NCBI GenBank assembly: GCA_030141605.1
Contig: JAQGDQ010000086.1
Coordinates: forward strand, 491,418 to 555,417
Direction: 5' to 3'
Length of the DNA stretch: 64,000 bases
Source of the DNA: Tubiluchus corallicola
Taxonomy: Eukaryota; Animalia; Priapulida
The notes under the pieces were generated by a model. It did no database searches. It was given only the letters and a program-made list of their open reading frames with translations, and was not told where the DNA came from. This document shows, one piece after another, positions 41,301 through 53,770 of the stretch. Within the stretch, counting starts at the first letter, position 1; the number at the start of each line of letters is the position of its first letter. The translations under genes were made by a program, and so were the position numbers.

Positions 41301-44300
41301 ATAAGTTTTTCTAACTTCTATCACAGTTATGGAACGTATTAAACTGGCAAACGTTTAAGCACAAAACATCTATAGCATTTTTTAATAAAAACAATTAGCA
41401 CATACAATAGATGAAATAGACACAAGCGTAAGAGCAAGGTGTCATTTGTAAATTATATTTGAAGTGAATAATCACAGAGTTTCAATTGCTCCTTTTAAAA
41501 AGACAACAAACAATTTTGTCGTACCATTGACAGAAGACTGCTGCGCCATCTGGCTGTGCGTTCGTATGTTTTCCACGGCTGCTATACCTTGTACTTCAGA
41601 TTGTATAGGTAGTCCTACAGAATAACAGAAACAATGCATGAGGTTCCACACATTGTATGGGTGCTTAAAGGCAGCATCCTTGGATGACAGTTTTGTGCAA
41701 AATCCAATAATGTTAAAACTTAGGGTTTGGAGTTGGAGTCGGGAGTAAACTTATTGTTAGAAGAGTCGGTGTTAGAATCGGTAAAAAATACACAAACTCA
41801 AATTCCAGTTACTTTTAACATTTAATGCATTTAGGCATAATGTCTCATTTTGGGACACTTTTGTATTGGTGTTTATGCAGCTAGACTATTTTTCAAGCAT
41901 AAGAAGTAGTGATGAAATGCCACTGTAGCTAAATATTGAGACTACTACAAACTATTATTTAAAGGCAGGAGTCGGAGTTGGATTTAAAATTTTGGGAGTC
42001 AGAGTTGGATCTTCTAAAATTCTAGGAGTAGGAGTCAGAGCCAGAGTCAGGAGCTTAATGTACCGACTCCACGGCCCTGTTTACTACGGCACTAGCATTA
42101 CATGGGTGCTCCCTAAAAAACATCGTTGAAAGGCAGTTTCATGCAAAAGCGAATAATAACTTTACTAGACGATCAAGCTCTCAGACTGACATTGCGGGAG
42201 CATTGTCCATACTCTAGTTTGTATCTTTACACTACAAACATTGATCGTTTTACTACAACTTTAGGAATCTACTCAGAACTGGATTTTATATTCAGATTAT
42301 AAAGAGCACATTCACAAAATTAGACCAAAACAAACTTTCTGGTTTGTTCAAAAGTATCCAATGGCAATTAATTTAACTGCCACAGTAAACATCTAATGCT
42401 ATTTAAAGGAAAAGCCAACCCTCAAAACAAATTCAATGTATTTTAATATGCATTTAAAACATTGAAATTATCATATAATGTACACGCACAAAATACCTTA
42501 CCTAAAAATCCAAAAGAAATTTAAATCTTTCGTATCACCGACAAACGAACATCCCTGCGGGAATATAAATTTGAAAAAAATGACAATTTGGTGGACTGCA
42601 CAAAGGCACGCATAACAAAGTTTCTGCAGTTCACTAAGGAATACCACTATTCTAGCTGAAAAAATCTTTGTGTTTAACTGCATTTATGTAAAAATTAGTT
42701 ATCAGATCAATTTGCAATAACTACAAAATTGCTCACACAGCTTTAATCCACAGGATTATACCTCAAAATCCACGTGAGCTAAACAATATAATTACAGATA
42801 AGCATGTAATTCTGCAAGGGTGTGAGCCTACAGTAGATGCCGCGCAGTTTACTTAAAGTAAAACCGGACCCAATCTTAAACTGTAGGTCAAAACAATCTG
42901 CTCTTTAAAATATTGAAAGAAGACATACTATTTTTTTGTAAGAATGACTTACATGAAAGAATTAGTACCACACAAATACAATTTTGCACTCGTGCCACTA
43001 GCTCTTCGCTGTTACATGCATTTCGCCATTTGCTTATTAGACGGACAAATAGCGCCTGCATTTCGGAAACGCATTGCACAAAAACAGGTGCTGTACCTTT
43101 CAGTTCAGCTGTGTTAGTTTCTGATGAGCTACGCACGTTATTTGAATTTTTATCTTAAAATATGCCTAGTTTTAGTACAACACACTGAATATCTTACAAT
43201 AGCACTGTATTTTCGTTTTTGCAAATATGTGCAACACGCTCGTGGAATACTTTTGCTGTTGAAAATGATGTTAGTTTGTGATGTTGCCAATAATTGGGCT
43301 CGCCCGCCGTTATTTAAATTTTTAATCTATTAATTAATTATCAGAAACGTTTTTGCAATATTAATCGTATTAAATGTGTACATTTATTGGACTTGAAAAT
43401 GGGATAGTATATGAAAAATCATCCTGTCTTCCTTTAACTTACAGAGTTTAGTCTTAGCTTGTTAAATTAATTTACTTTGTCGGTGTTAATTAACCGGATT
43501 GATTACCATTGGTAAGTGGCTTTCACTACATAGTAGACAAAGGGATTCACCAAAAAAAATTGTATTAATAATCTCTCATTTAACATTTTAAATCGTTTTT
43601 GTAGTTGGTAATTGTAACTAGTGTTGCTCCGGACATCCGATTCGTATCCAAAAATGGCGATATTCGCGAGATTTTGCAGGTATTCGTATTCGATATTATC
43701 TGAAAGTTATAAAAATTTGATATTCGCAAATATTCACTATACGGTTTTCGTAATGTGCAATTGAAAATGGTTTTCATGGTTTTAATATAACAGCTGAAAA
43801 TATAACTAAATAAAATATTACCAAAAAAAGAGATCGTTTTAGCCCATGTCTGTGTTTTCAACACGAAAATTTTACACACATCTTTCTTCGTTTGTATGTG
43901 GTAATACGGTGCATCTTTGGGTTAGGTCTTTTTAGATGATACATTAAATGAAAATGCTAAAGTTTGCAAACATTTACTTTATTTTTACCATTTATTTTAC
44001 CAATTTTTCATTATCCGAACTAATCCACAAATTCGATCGAATTTAGCTAAACCTATCCGAATCCGAAAGTCAATTTGAGGAAATCCGGTATTCACTATCC
44101 GGCAAAAAAGAAGTATGCTCAAGCACCTGACGGGATGAGAGCTTATATTATGTGGTAACCGGATAACACCATTTTCGTTCCAAATGAGCCCACCCAAGCT
44201 TGAAGTGATCACAACTCTAAATTAATTTTACCAGTTACACGAGGCGCTTATCACAATTTTATTGCTGAAACTTTCTAACTTTTTCTTCAAATATTAAAAT

Positions 44301-47300
44301 AAGCTCAACTTCCCAAGCGACTTGGCTTTTCCTTTGACAAACTTAGTAATACGTGCAAAAAAACCATCATAATTATGGTGTTAAAAGAAGGCACCTGACT
44401 CGTCTTTAATAGTTTGCTGTCTGTCTCCTGCCAGATCATCACTCTGACCAGAACTCTGATCGCCTGTAAGAAAAAAATGAAAATTGAAAGTAGTTCAAGC
44501 AGCGAGTGCAAATTCAGTAATCAACTCTCATCTAGGTTTTTCGCTACATGAAGATGTGATATTTTACAATAAGACTCCTAGCAAGCAACACAGTATTATT
44601 TATTTTTCAATTCATTTTTACTTGCATATATATTAGAACGTACACAATGGTACGATTACATTTCACACGTATAACTACAGAACAGAACCATACATGCAAT
44701 TACATAATCAAGCTAGATGTTTCAAAATTATGTAAATGAAACATTCAACACAATAGTAAACTGAGCAAACTAACAGTTAAAGCACAAGAAAACCCTCCAC
44801 TTCCGTAAAGTTTAAAAAAATTCGTCTTGAAATTTTATACCACTTACGTACCGTCTTTTTTCATACAGGGCTTGCGGTCGCAGTAATGCTGTATAAAACA
44901 TGTAAATTTAAACTCTTCCTGCGATAACCCAGGCATTTTGATGATAAGTCATTTGAGACAAGTTTAAATAACACTGATTAAAGTTTGAAAAAACAATCAG
45001 AGCATTCGCAGCACACACGTCATTAAGTAAGTAAAATTTTAAATTACTGCATCTTGTCAATAAGATTAAAAATAAGTTTTTTTGGTTAGTGAGTGGTGCA
45101 TCCTACAGGTGAGTCAATGACATTTCACCAATGGGTGAAAGCATTTTAAATTAATCATTTTCTTTTCTAGTTACATAAGTCTTTCAAACAGGTAAGCAAA
45201 ATGTTAAGTAATACAACTCTGCATGGAAAGTATTTTGGGACATAGTTTAGCATTTCCTTGTCTTCACCTGATTTATGTTGTGTGCATATGACATCACGTA
45301 ATGGCGTGGTTGGAATAGTATTTATGTAAAAGAACTGCCCACAGATGGCCGCTCTTTATAGTACGTGTTCTTGCCAATCTTGTACCCCGCTTATACCTTT
45401 GTGTGAATTGTACAATTTTTTATTTCGCTTCATTTCTTTTTATTTGTGAGAAAATAGCCTTTGGCTAATGTTCTCTTTGAAACATTTGAAATATTCGACA
45501 ATGAATAAAATTTTTACTACTACTACTACTAACTGCACAGCTTTGCAATGCATATCTGACCTGACATGTTTTGTTACAAAATCTATTTTCATAGCACTGT
45601 CACTAATGGTCCTTTTGAAGGCCCAATTATAGCTACGCATCGACCGTAGTTTTTCATTACGTTCTCGATACACAGTACAATGTACGCAATTTGCACATGA
45701 TATTTTAAAAAATTTCCGCAAAATAATCTCGTCCAACCCGCTACAGTTTCAAGTTTCACAGTAGTTATGTGACTTATCCGGGTTCGTTGCTATACCGCGG
45801 TTTTTTCTTTTCTTTTTGGCATAACTCAATTCTACCATCACTCCCGAACGATATGGCAAATCTTCGAGTCATCAGTTTCAATACACCCGACCAACGTGGA
45901 CACAACTCTCAATTATTTGTACAATACTCCTACACTTCTCTTCTCGTGCTGTAGGCTTTTGGAAACCACTTAATAGTGAAATTTCTGAAGCATCAGATCT
46001 GGCTCAATTTCGAAAATCGTCAGGGAGAGGCCGTCAAAAACCATGTTATGGTTAGGTCTCTTACTTCGCAAGCAACTACGTGCACATAAAAAATTTGGAT
46101 TGCAGTACGGTACTCCTGAGTTTACATGCGCAGCGCAGCGCATCCACTGATAAGCAGTTGGAGTCAGGCAACTTGACCAAGCAAAAACTCAAAAGCTACA
46201 GTAAGCTGGTACTCAAAAGTCGAAACCTGCAGAAAATCCGAGCATTTCCTTTTAAACAAAACTGAACTATTTTTGCGTACCAACATTGCACAAATCCGTG
46301 ATTTCCACTTTAATACGACTGTGAAGTTGCAATTCATCCATATCTCAAAACATGTCTTTAGGAGAGAATTATTTCGGCGTTACGTCTGGTCTTTTAATTT
46401 ACACAGGTAAATGCTACAGACTCATATCACGCTCGAAAGGTTTCGCATGACTTACTGCACAACACGCGCATGCAGGTGTATAAACGTAGGTGTGACAACT
46501 GGAGGCTAGAGTCATACTAGCCACTAATAGCTAGTAATCTAATACTGCTCCATGTCAATTGCAGACGACGCAACATTTTGCGTAATCAGTCTAACGCAGT
46601 AACGACAAAGTACAACTCACCTTTGTTGATACTGACTACATTAACAGTTTTCTATCAGAAATACAACAAATTTAAGATTAAGATTGTTTATTTATCTCCT
46701 TTAAGTTCTACAATACATGGTAGACACAGTAATAATTTTGACATTTTACAAACTAATAGATATTTGTTAGTAGCCTACTACGTGTTAAAAAGAAAGGTTA
46801 ATTGTATGGAGAAAGGGTGGAAAAAGACCATACGGCAACTAAGTCAGCCACCCCTATTTACGGATTTAATACCTTCCGTACATGGCTGCATTAGAGCTCA
46901 TTTATAACACTATTGATTTTGAAAATTCCTTCAATTCAAAAAGTCCAGCACAAATTAATGATGAAAAAATTCTGACGAACTAACAATTAGGGACTAGTAA
47001 GTATGGAGCTTCAAAGAACTGAGGAACTTCACTAGAACTGAACAGAACCGTAAAAGAAGTCAAAATGCCCTTTAAGTCTAAAAAAATCTATTAAGTCTGT
47101 TTTTTCCTTCAGAAGCTTTCGCCTCTCACGGACTTCATCAGCTGAAATCAACTTGATTTTGTTGGTTTTGGAAAGGCACTCATTTCACTCCATTCATGAC
47201 GTTTCTTGTCTGCATACCAGCTGTCACTGTTGCAAAGTCCACAACAACAGTGTCTTGTAGCACCTTTTTTAAGTTCATTGGTTGTTTTACTCTCCATTTT

Positions 47301-48918
47301 AGGTAACTTCTAATACAGGTGCGATCAGGACTCCATCGTTGAAGAAGTCTTTGACGAACCAAACACGATTATTAATTTTACTGCAGTATAACCCGCATTT
47401 TGTACGACCTGGTCGAGTGTACGTGGAGCATGCGCACTGCGTTGACTACATTTAGACTGTAATTCACCAACAACAGGCTATTGTTCACTATCGGTTAATG
47501 ATGAAATTAATCCGCAATTACCATTCTGAAATCAAACTGACAAAACGTAAACGTAAAAACTCAGACTGAGCACAGATTTGAACTAACGTAGGCCTACGCA
47601 TCCAACATCATTACTTGCCAGACTACACAGTCCCATGTTCTAGTGAATTGCGACTATCGTGGATTCAAATTAATCTTAATTAATATCCCACCATTCAACC
47701 CAGCATTCCTTAAAATGCTCTTGCTAAAGTAACTACTAAGTAATTAGAGTAATTTTTTGTAATTAATTCATAGCCTGAAACGATGCCCGGGCGATTAATT
47801 AATTATTTATAATATCAACTCCAAGATTATTAGTTGTATTTCTCACAACCTCATAGGTAGGTAGACAATTCAAAATGATTCACATGTACAGACGCAACCT
47901 ACATTGTTGTCTACAAGACTTGGGTACGCGTCTACACAAGGGAGAGCGAATAGTTTAAGATCCCCTGTGAATAGGTTGCCTGTCTCAAACCGATTAAGCT
48001 TGACAGCTCAGCTATTTTACTAAACGATCCACTGCAAACCCAAAACTCAGTATTCAAATGACAGAGTAACAACTTATGCCTTTGTTATATATTGGTTGTT
48101 ACTATACCAGTTGTAGAAATGATCCACAACAAATAAATTAATGATAGCATCATCAGGACCTGAACCGCGTGATCCCGATCTTACAGGTTAATTGGGTTCT
48201 GGGGCAGTTATCATCTCAATTAGATAGGCTTCAAGGAATCAATCATCGCCTGGTGAAGCTGCTTTCATACTCCGCTGAGTAAAATGAAGCCAGCAAAGAG
48301 ATGTATAAATTCTGTCTTCATAGTATGTGCCACACAAAATGCCCTTGAAGCTGATCTATATCAAATTTATTATCTGCAGAAGCGAGCAAGGCACTTTAAC
48401 TGTCCAAAACAGACGATCAGACTACTCACAGCAGCCGTGTCACCAGAAAATGGCAGAAATACAGTACAATATAGGTAACACACTGCACATTGCAGGAGCG
48501 TCATTGCAGGGTTCTCTTTCAGCTACATTAACCATACATTAACCCTGCATTAACCAATAATTAATTAAACAAAATAAGCGAGTGCTTAGGCCGCAGGAGA
48601 AGAAGCATTCCATACTGGATCACACAGTTTTTTCAAATCGAAAAATCACCTAAAAGTAAAATATACTGGAACATATATGGCGGTTTTCTGTGTCCGTTTA
48701 CAATATCGCAGTACGGATGGACATCAAGATTTTGGCTACTAAGCAGCTTTAGCTGGTCACTGCCCGTAGAAGGGTATTTTAGTCGTCTTTGTATTTTTAA
48801 TCTAATATCATTCTTTTATGCAATGCAAAGCTGATGTCCTAGCATTTACTGTAAATAAATCTTACTGCAAGTTTTCCTTTTTCATTTTGAAAGATAAATT
48901 TTCGATTTTACAGTTTAG

Positions 48919-48959
<41 letters not shown>

Positions 48960-49079
48960 TTGGCAAACATATTTATGATAACTGTGCAAAGAAGAATAAA
49001 AAAAATTAAACAATATATAAATGAATTAAAAATTTATTTACTTACGTGAAAGCGACAACATTGTTGTAACTAGAGCACC
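35358..49079 (-). CDS. CaMKII: CaMKII family: CaM-binding remnant, linker and complete association (hub) domain; kinase-domain exons not found in the window
   Basis: Exons 49079-49046 ([11 protein letters not shown]), 44463-44395 ([22 protein letters not shown]), 40601-40526 ([24 protein letters not shown]), 38837-38743 ([31 protein letters not shown]), 37112-36998 ([37 protein letters not shown]), 35475-35358 ([38 protein letters not shown]). All GT-AG, phases 1/1/2/1/2 consistent. The 76- and 95-nt exons match vertebrate CAMK2 exon sizes as recalled. The linker exon is the least certain. Confidence 0.93.
35555..36271 (+). mobile_element. piggyBac-like MITE; inverted copy at 49280-49959
   Basis: ttaa|ctccttcaggaccgca...tgcggtcctaaaggag|ttat; interior aligns to the reverse complement of 49280-49959. 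Confidence 0.75.
36610..36895. repeat. ~32-bp minisatellite, about 9 degenerate copies
   Basis: aattactactttagcgatataagacgttra-like unit repeated in the last CaMKII intron. Confidence 0.85.
38845..39471 (-). mobile_element. Kolobok-like MITE abutting a CaMKII 3' splice site
   Basis: ttaa|aggacaagaaaa...ttttcttgtgct|ttaa; homologous to 44781-45320, 58811-59390 and about 59490-59777. Confidence 0.85.
39819..40409. mobile_element. hAT-like MITE
   Basis: taggggcattaacgata...tatcgtttaacatcccta; many tatcg/cgata repeats; degenerate 8-bp TSD (5 of 8 match). Confidence 0.65.
41722..42079. mobile_element. hAT-like MITE with ggagtc repeats
   Basis: tagggtttggagttggagtcgg...ccgactccacggccctg. Confidence 0.7.
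42857..43433 (-). mobile_element. Kolobok-like MITE
   Basis: ttaa|agtaaaaccgga...tcctgtcttcct|ttaa; second copy at 16621-17233. Confidence 0.85.
43620..44129. mobile_element. hAT-like MITE with atccg/attcg repeats
   Basis: tagtgttgctccgga...tcaagcacctg ends with subterminal repeats. Confidence 0.55.
44781..45320 (+). mobile_element. Kolobok-like MITE, truncated copy
   Basis: ttaa|agcacaagaaaaccctcc... aligns with 58811-59390 and, inverted, with 38845-39471. Confidence 0.8.
45530..45760 (-). mobile_element. Possible decayed hAT-type transposase fragment
   Basis: C..C...[18 protein letters not shown] resembles the zinc-finger region (KH..S..H..A) of hAT-derived proteins; reading frame disrupted. 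Confidence 0.3.
47150..47265 (-). mobile_element. Decayed THAP-domain fragment (DNA transposon derived)
   Basis: One minus frame reads [20 protein letters not shown]...AFPKPTK*, i.e. the C-x-C start and FPK motif of THAP, followed by a stop. Confidence 0.45.
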
Positions 49080-49279
49080 CTGAAAGCAAGAAGAAGAAAT
49101 AAGTCTTGATTAGTACTAAAGAGCTAAACGCAATACAATAATAGTTACTGGTAACAATGACGGTGACAGCAGTAACAACAGCTTGTTTATTTCTTACTGC
49201 AATAAGCATTAATGGGGCCGCGGAGTGTATTATAGCGTTTTATTATAGCGTTTTTTGATAATTGTAAGTTACGATACTA

Positions 49280-49959
49280 CTCCGTTAGGACCCTACCATT
49301 CAATTAGGCCTGTGACTTTTTTGCTACTGTATAAGCATTGACGTAACTAAATGATATCTATTCAGGAGAATCTCGGTTTTTCAATCATGCTATTTGTTTA
49401 AACATTGGTGTGATTTAATTGAAAAAATTAAGAAAAACACACTCTTTTCAGGCATTCCAAATTACCCTATCGAGTAGCTTAGTCTGGTGTATACTTGCGC
49501 GATCGTAGATTACTATTTTATTGATCGCTGCTTGTTACAGCCCAAGCTGTGCAGTGTTCTGCTACTATTCCAGGAAAAACCAACCGATCATCCAAAGACC
49601 AATTAAATTTTTCATCGTTTAACAGGAATTTCTCCTCAAAAATAGAGTAGACTTGAGGCCAAAGTGTATCAGAGTTCTGTGACTGGATAGTTAAATTTTT
49701 CTGCATTAGCCGATTTCACACAGTACTTTGTTACAGTGCAAACAGTGCAGTTACTGAAAGCTTTTTCCGTTTTTTCGTCAAAAATCGATTTTTCATTTGT
49801 CTAAGATAAGCAAATGCATTTCATATATAATTCTGCAAGAAAATACATTTGTGTGAGGAGTAGAAAGCTACAAAAATTATCAAATATATCGTTGCTTAGT
49901 AAGAGCAGTTTTTCACCAACCCATACAAAATACAGCAAATGCTTACGGTCGTGAAGGAG
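49280..49959 (-). mobile_element. piggyBac-like MITE (inverted copy of 35555-36271)
   Basis: ctccgttaggacc...cggtcgtgaaggag ends; interior homology visible by eye. Confidence 0.75.
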
Positions 49960-50949
49960 TTCAGCGACTGTAAGACTGCAACTTCTGTGGAACCACAGGG
50001 CGAAAATCACCCAAAAACAGACAATTAACGCCAATCCGAAACAATTAGAAATTTTAAGCTGATGATGAGCTCGAACAGCCTCGTGCTACACGTTTTTCTG
50101 TACATATTCATTCATCTCGTCACTTGTCTTCACTTGAACTTGATCAAATTACAGCAATAGACTACAAGAACACAGAACGGAATTAATTAAAGCCAAGCGT
50201 ATAGTAATTACCAGTAGAAATTAGGACAGCTAAAGAGCAAATGTCATGAAGACAGCTTATGGCCGACATAACCTATAGCATTTTTGTAACACTGTAGCTT
50301 GTGTATTTATTTGTGTTTGTTTGCTTTGTTTCTGTGTATTCAGTTATTGAAATTTTAGACACCGCGTAGTCTTACTGTTTAGTCTTGTTAACGTTTTTAA
50401 TTCTGTCGCGATATTTTAGATATTTTTGCGAGGTGTCGTTAAATATCGTCTATAGATTAAGACGCTATACAAAATAGATATTATTATTATTATTATTGTT
50501 GTTGTTATTATTATTTGTTTCTTTATTTGTTTGATTGTTTGTATGTTCGTTTGTTTATTTTTTTCGTTCTACCCGTTTATTTGTTTATAAGCTATGTACC
50601 TTTTTAGCAGATTTTTTTATACAGTTTGGCCGCATTAATAAACTGATTTTCAAAATTTAACGACTAGCTAGGAAAGAAAACTAGCTGCTTTTCTAAGAGT
50701 CGATATTAGACAGCCGGAATTATTTTAACCAAATTTGAGACGTGGTGTCTTCTATCAATGTCGTAAATAACCGGAAGCAGCACAGCAGATGAAGCAACCC
50801 AATCGTTCTTCTGGCGATCATCTATAAATCTACTTTAAAGGAACAGCATTGCCTATTTTGGCTGGTAAGCACACTCATTGTCATTACTCAGTCATTCTCT
50901 TGCAAGTACAATGCGATGCTGGTCACAAAACCACCGTGATAAATTGTAA

Positions 50950-51470
50950 ATATATATATATATATATAGTCTTTATTTGCCATTAAAATACATTGATAAT
51001 CACGGAAAAAAGACTTTACAGAGATGCTAAAGGCAAATGCGTCAGTACAATCTAAACTACTGTGCAGTAACGAAAAGTAATGACGAATAAAAACAAAACA
51101 TATTTACTGTTCAGAAATATTAAAAATTATGATTTAATTAATATCTCCATGGATACATGCTGTCGTACTGATGTGACGGTATTTCATATTTGGTTAATAT
51201 TAATGATTTTAATTTTGTTTTAAATGCTGATAGGGACCTAATTTGCTTAATCTGTAATGGTAGAGAATTACAAAGTAGAATTGCTTGCTTGATTACAGAG
51301 TTTGTTCCATAGTGGGTATTTGTCCCAATTTGTTTTAGATTACTTGTTCTGGAATTGATTACAGGATTTGGAAAAAAGGTAGATCTGTTATTCTGAAATG
51401 GTTTGCTGATGTTGTTAATGTGTTTAAATAATAAAAAGTAGAGTAAAATATTCTTTGTGTGCTTCAATGA
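50950..51470 (-). mobile_element. L2/CR1-group LINE 3' remnant
   Basis: YGTNSVIKQAILLCNSLPLQIKQIRSLSAFKTKLK matches the W-N-S-L-P..I....S...FK..LK tail of LINE ORF2; followed by aataaa and a (TA)n tail near 50950-50980. Confidence 0.7.
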
Positions 51471-53549
51471 TTGGAAGTTTTAAAGTTTTTCTTTTGTTAG
51501 TTGTCGAAGCTTTGAATTTTTGTCTACCAGTCTTACGTTTGTCTGAGTACCCGGCTATCAATCTCACACGAGAACTCGCAAAAACACGAGAACGCGTAAT
51601 GAAAAGAATGAATCATTGGCATTAGAATGGACAAGATTTGAGTAAATTAGATCATATTGCTCCGGCCACCAGCAGTTCAATATTATTAAATTATGTTACA
51701 ATGTGCTAGGCCACAAATTTCACTATTACTGAAACATATAGTAGCACAACAACAAACTGCTGTGCTATAGTGACGACAACACTAATAACTGTGAAGATTA
51801 ATGTGTGCTGTACATCGCAATGAATTCTTACACTCAGTCATTCTTAAAATATTAACTCTTACAGCGGGGATAACCCAATCCAGTTAATTAAACCCGAGTT
51901 CGCGTATAAGTTTAGAAACTGCTAAAATGCAGCTGTGCTCTGTCTTTCACAACTAAGCAACAGCTGCATAACAGCCTCACTAAGAGTCACTCAAATTTGC
52001 CCAAGTAAATTCTCACAACTAAATAAGAGCAAGTTAAACTGGCCTTGTCGGTATTGTCTATTTATAACTTGCTGTATTCTGCAGAACAAAATCGAAATTT
52101 GAAGTCTTTCTCAACACTGAAATAAAATTTATGTATGACGCCAACTCATTGTTACGAAGTACTAATTCAAATCACTTAACTGCAAGTTCAGCAGTCAAGA
52201 GTTGTACGTGTGCCACGATACCTATTCAATCTTAATTTCCCAACTCGACCAACGACTTACCAACTTTTCTGGCTCTTGCTAAACCCAAAAGCACTTTAGA
52301 ATTAGTTTGTTTATTTTTGGAATCGTGCGTGTGGGCGTACGCCCAACGAACTTGTTAAACATTTGAGTTTAGTCGGGTATTGACGAAACTCTAATGTGAG
52401 GTGTGTCAACACAACTTCAAATTTGAATGTTAGGTCTATCCACTAACAATATTAGTGTTTTTGTGTTTTTATTAAACAATGTCGACAACATTGTTGTTCG
52501 TTAATTTGCTATTCACTTCTAAAAGCGGCAGTCAAATAATTTTTATGTCAAGCTTCCATGTTTTTGAACCACGCGCCTTCAGTATACTTTATCACCTAAG
52601 GTGAAATATAATTATGAAGACTATACAGTACTCCTTGTCTATTTACGTTGAACACGCATACATAACAAGAAATCATTTAGATTATTTCAAGTCACTAAAA
52701 GATTATTTTAACTGTTTATTAACCGTAAAGTTGCTTATTCTCTTAGAAGTAGAGTATTAATTTCTAGCAATGCTTTTGTGAGTGGTATTGTAAATAGTGA
52801 CTGTTTGTTTTATATAAAACTACATAACAAATGATTAAATCTACTATTTTGTTAATTATATGTAAATAGTAATTGCGTTATTGTAATTTTTTGCAATTAT
52901 TGTACTGTTGTTGTATTGTATTATTTTGTATTGTTATACTAACTGTCGTTATATGAGCAATGTTTGCAATAAAAGCTTTACTTCTTACTTACTTTGAGAA
53001 TTGTCATGTCCAGGAAAATAATTACATACATACATGTATAACATGTGCGGAATTCACTAATACCAACATTTTTCAAAATGACAGCCATACTTGTGATAAA
53101 TGAACTATTTTTCGTAAATAACATCAAGCACAAAAGATAATTAAGCAAACGTTTATCATAAAAAGGCAGCAATACCTACCTAAAGAAATATACCAGTCAC
53201 ACAGAGGCAGAAACACAAAAAGGTTGTTACTCTCTGAACATTAATAAGTACAATACTGAAAGTACATTATTAGCAAAATGCATAAGCTAAAGTTCACACT
53301 AACATGAACTTTAGACAGCATACGTTTACGCCTACCAGCTTTGATCTAGGGACATACTATTCACAAGTATGAAACATGTTACGTGATAACTCTCAATATA
53401 TGTAAACGTGAAAGATTATCGTTCAGCAGAATGTGACCTTGGAGTCGGAAAGAAAAAGTCTAGCAACGCAAAAAGGAAACTGATATTTGTTTCATACAAG
53501 CGTGAGCGTGTCAGTCTGGCTGCTTGACGCCGGAAGCAACCGGCTGCCA

Positions 53550-53770
53550 TTGCAGTAGTAGAAACAGCAGCAGCAGTGACAACAGCAGTAGAAAACAACA
53601 GCAGCAGTGGCAGTGGCAGCAGCAACAGCAACAGCGACAACAACGACAGCAGCGACGACGACAACAACAACAACAGCAGCAGAAAAAACAGCAACAACAG
53701 CTGCAGAAAACAATAACAACAGCAAAAAAAAAACAAAAACGACAACATCAGCAAGAACAACAACAAAAAC
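53550..53770. repeat. Compound (CAG/CAA/CGA)n trinucleotide low-complexity tract
   Basis: Direct reading; produces the poly-Q/T/L/V ORFs in several frames. Confidence 0.9.
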
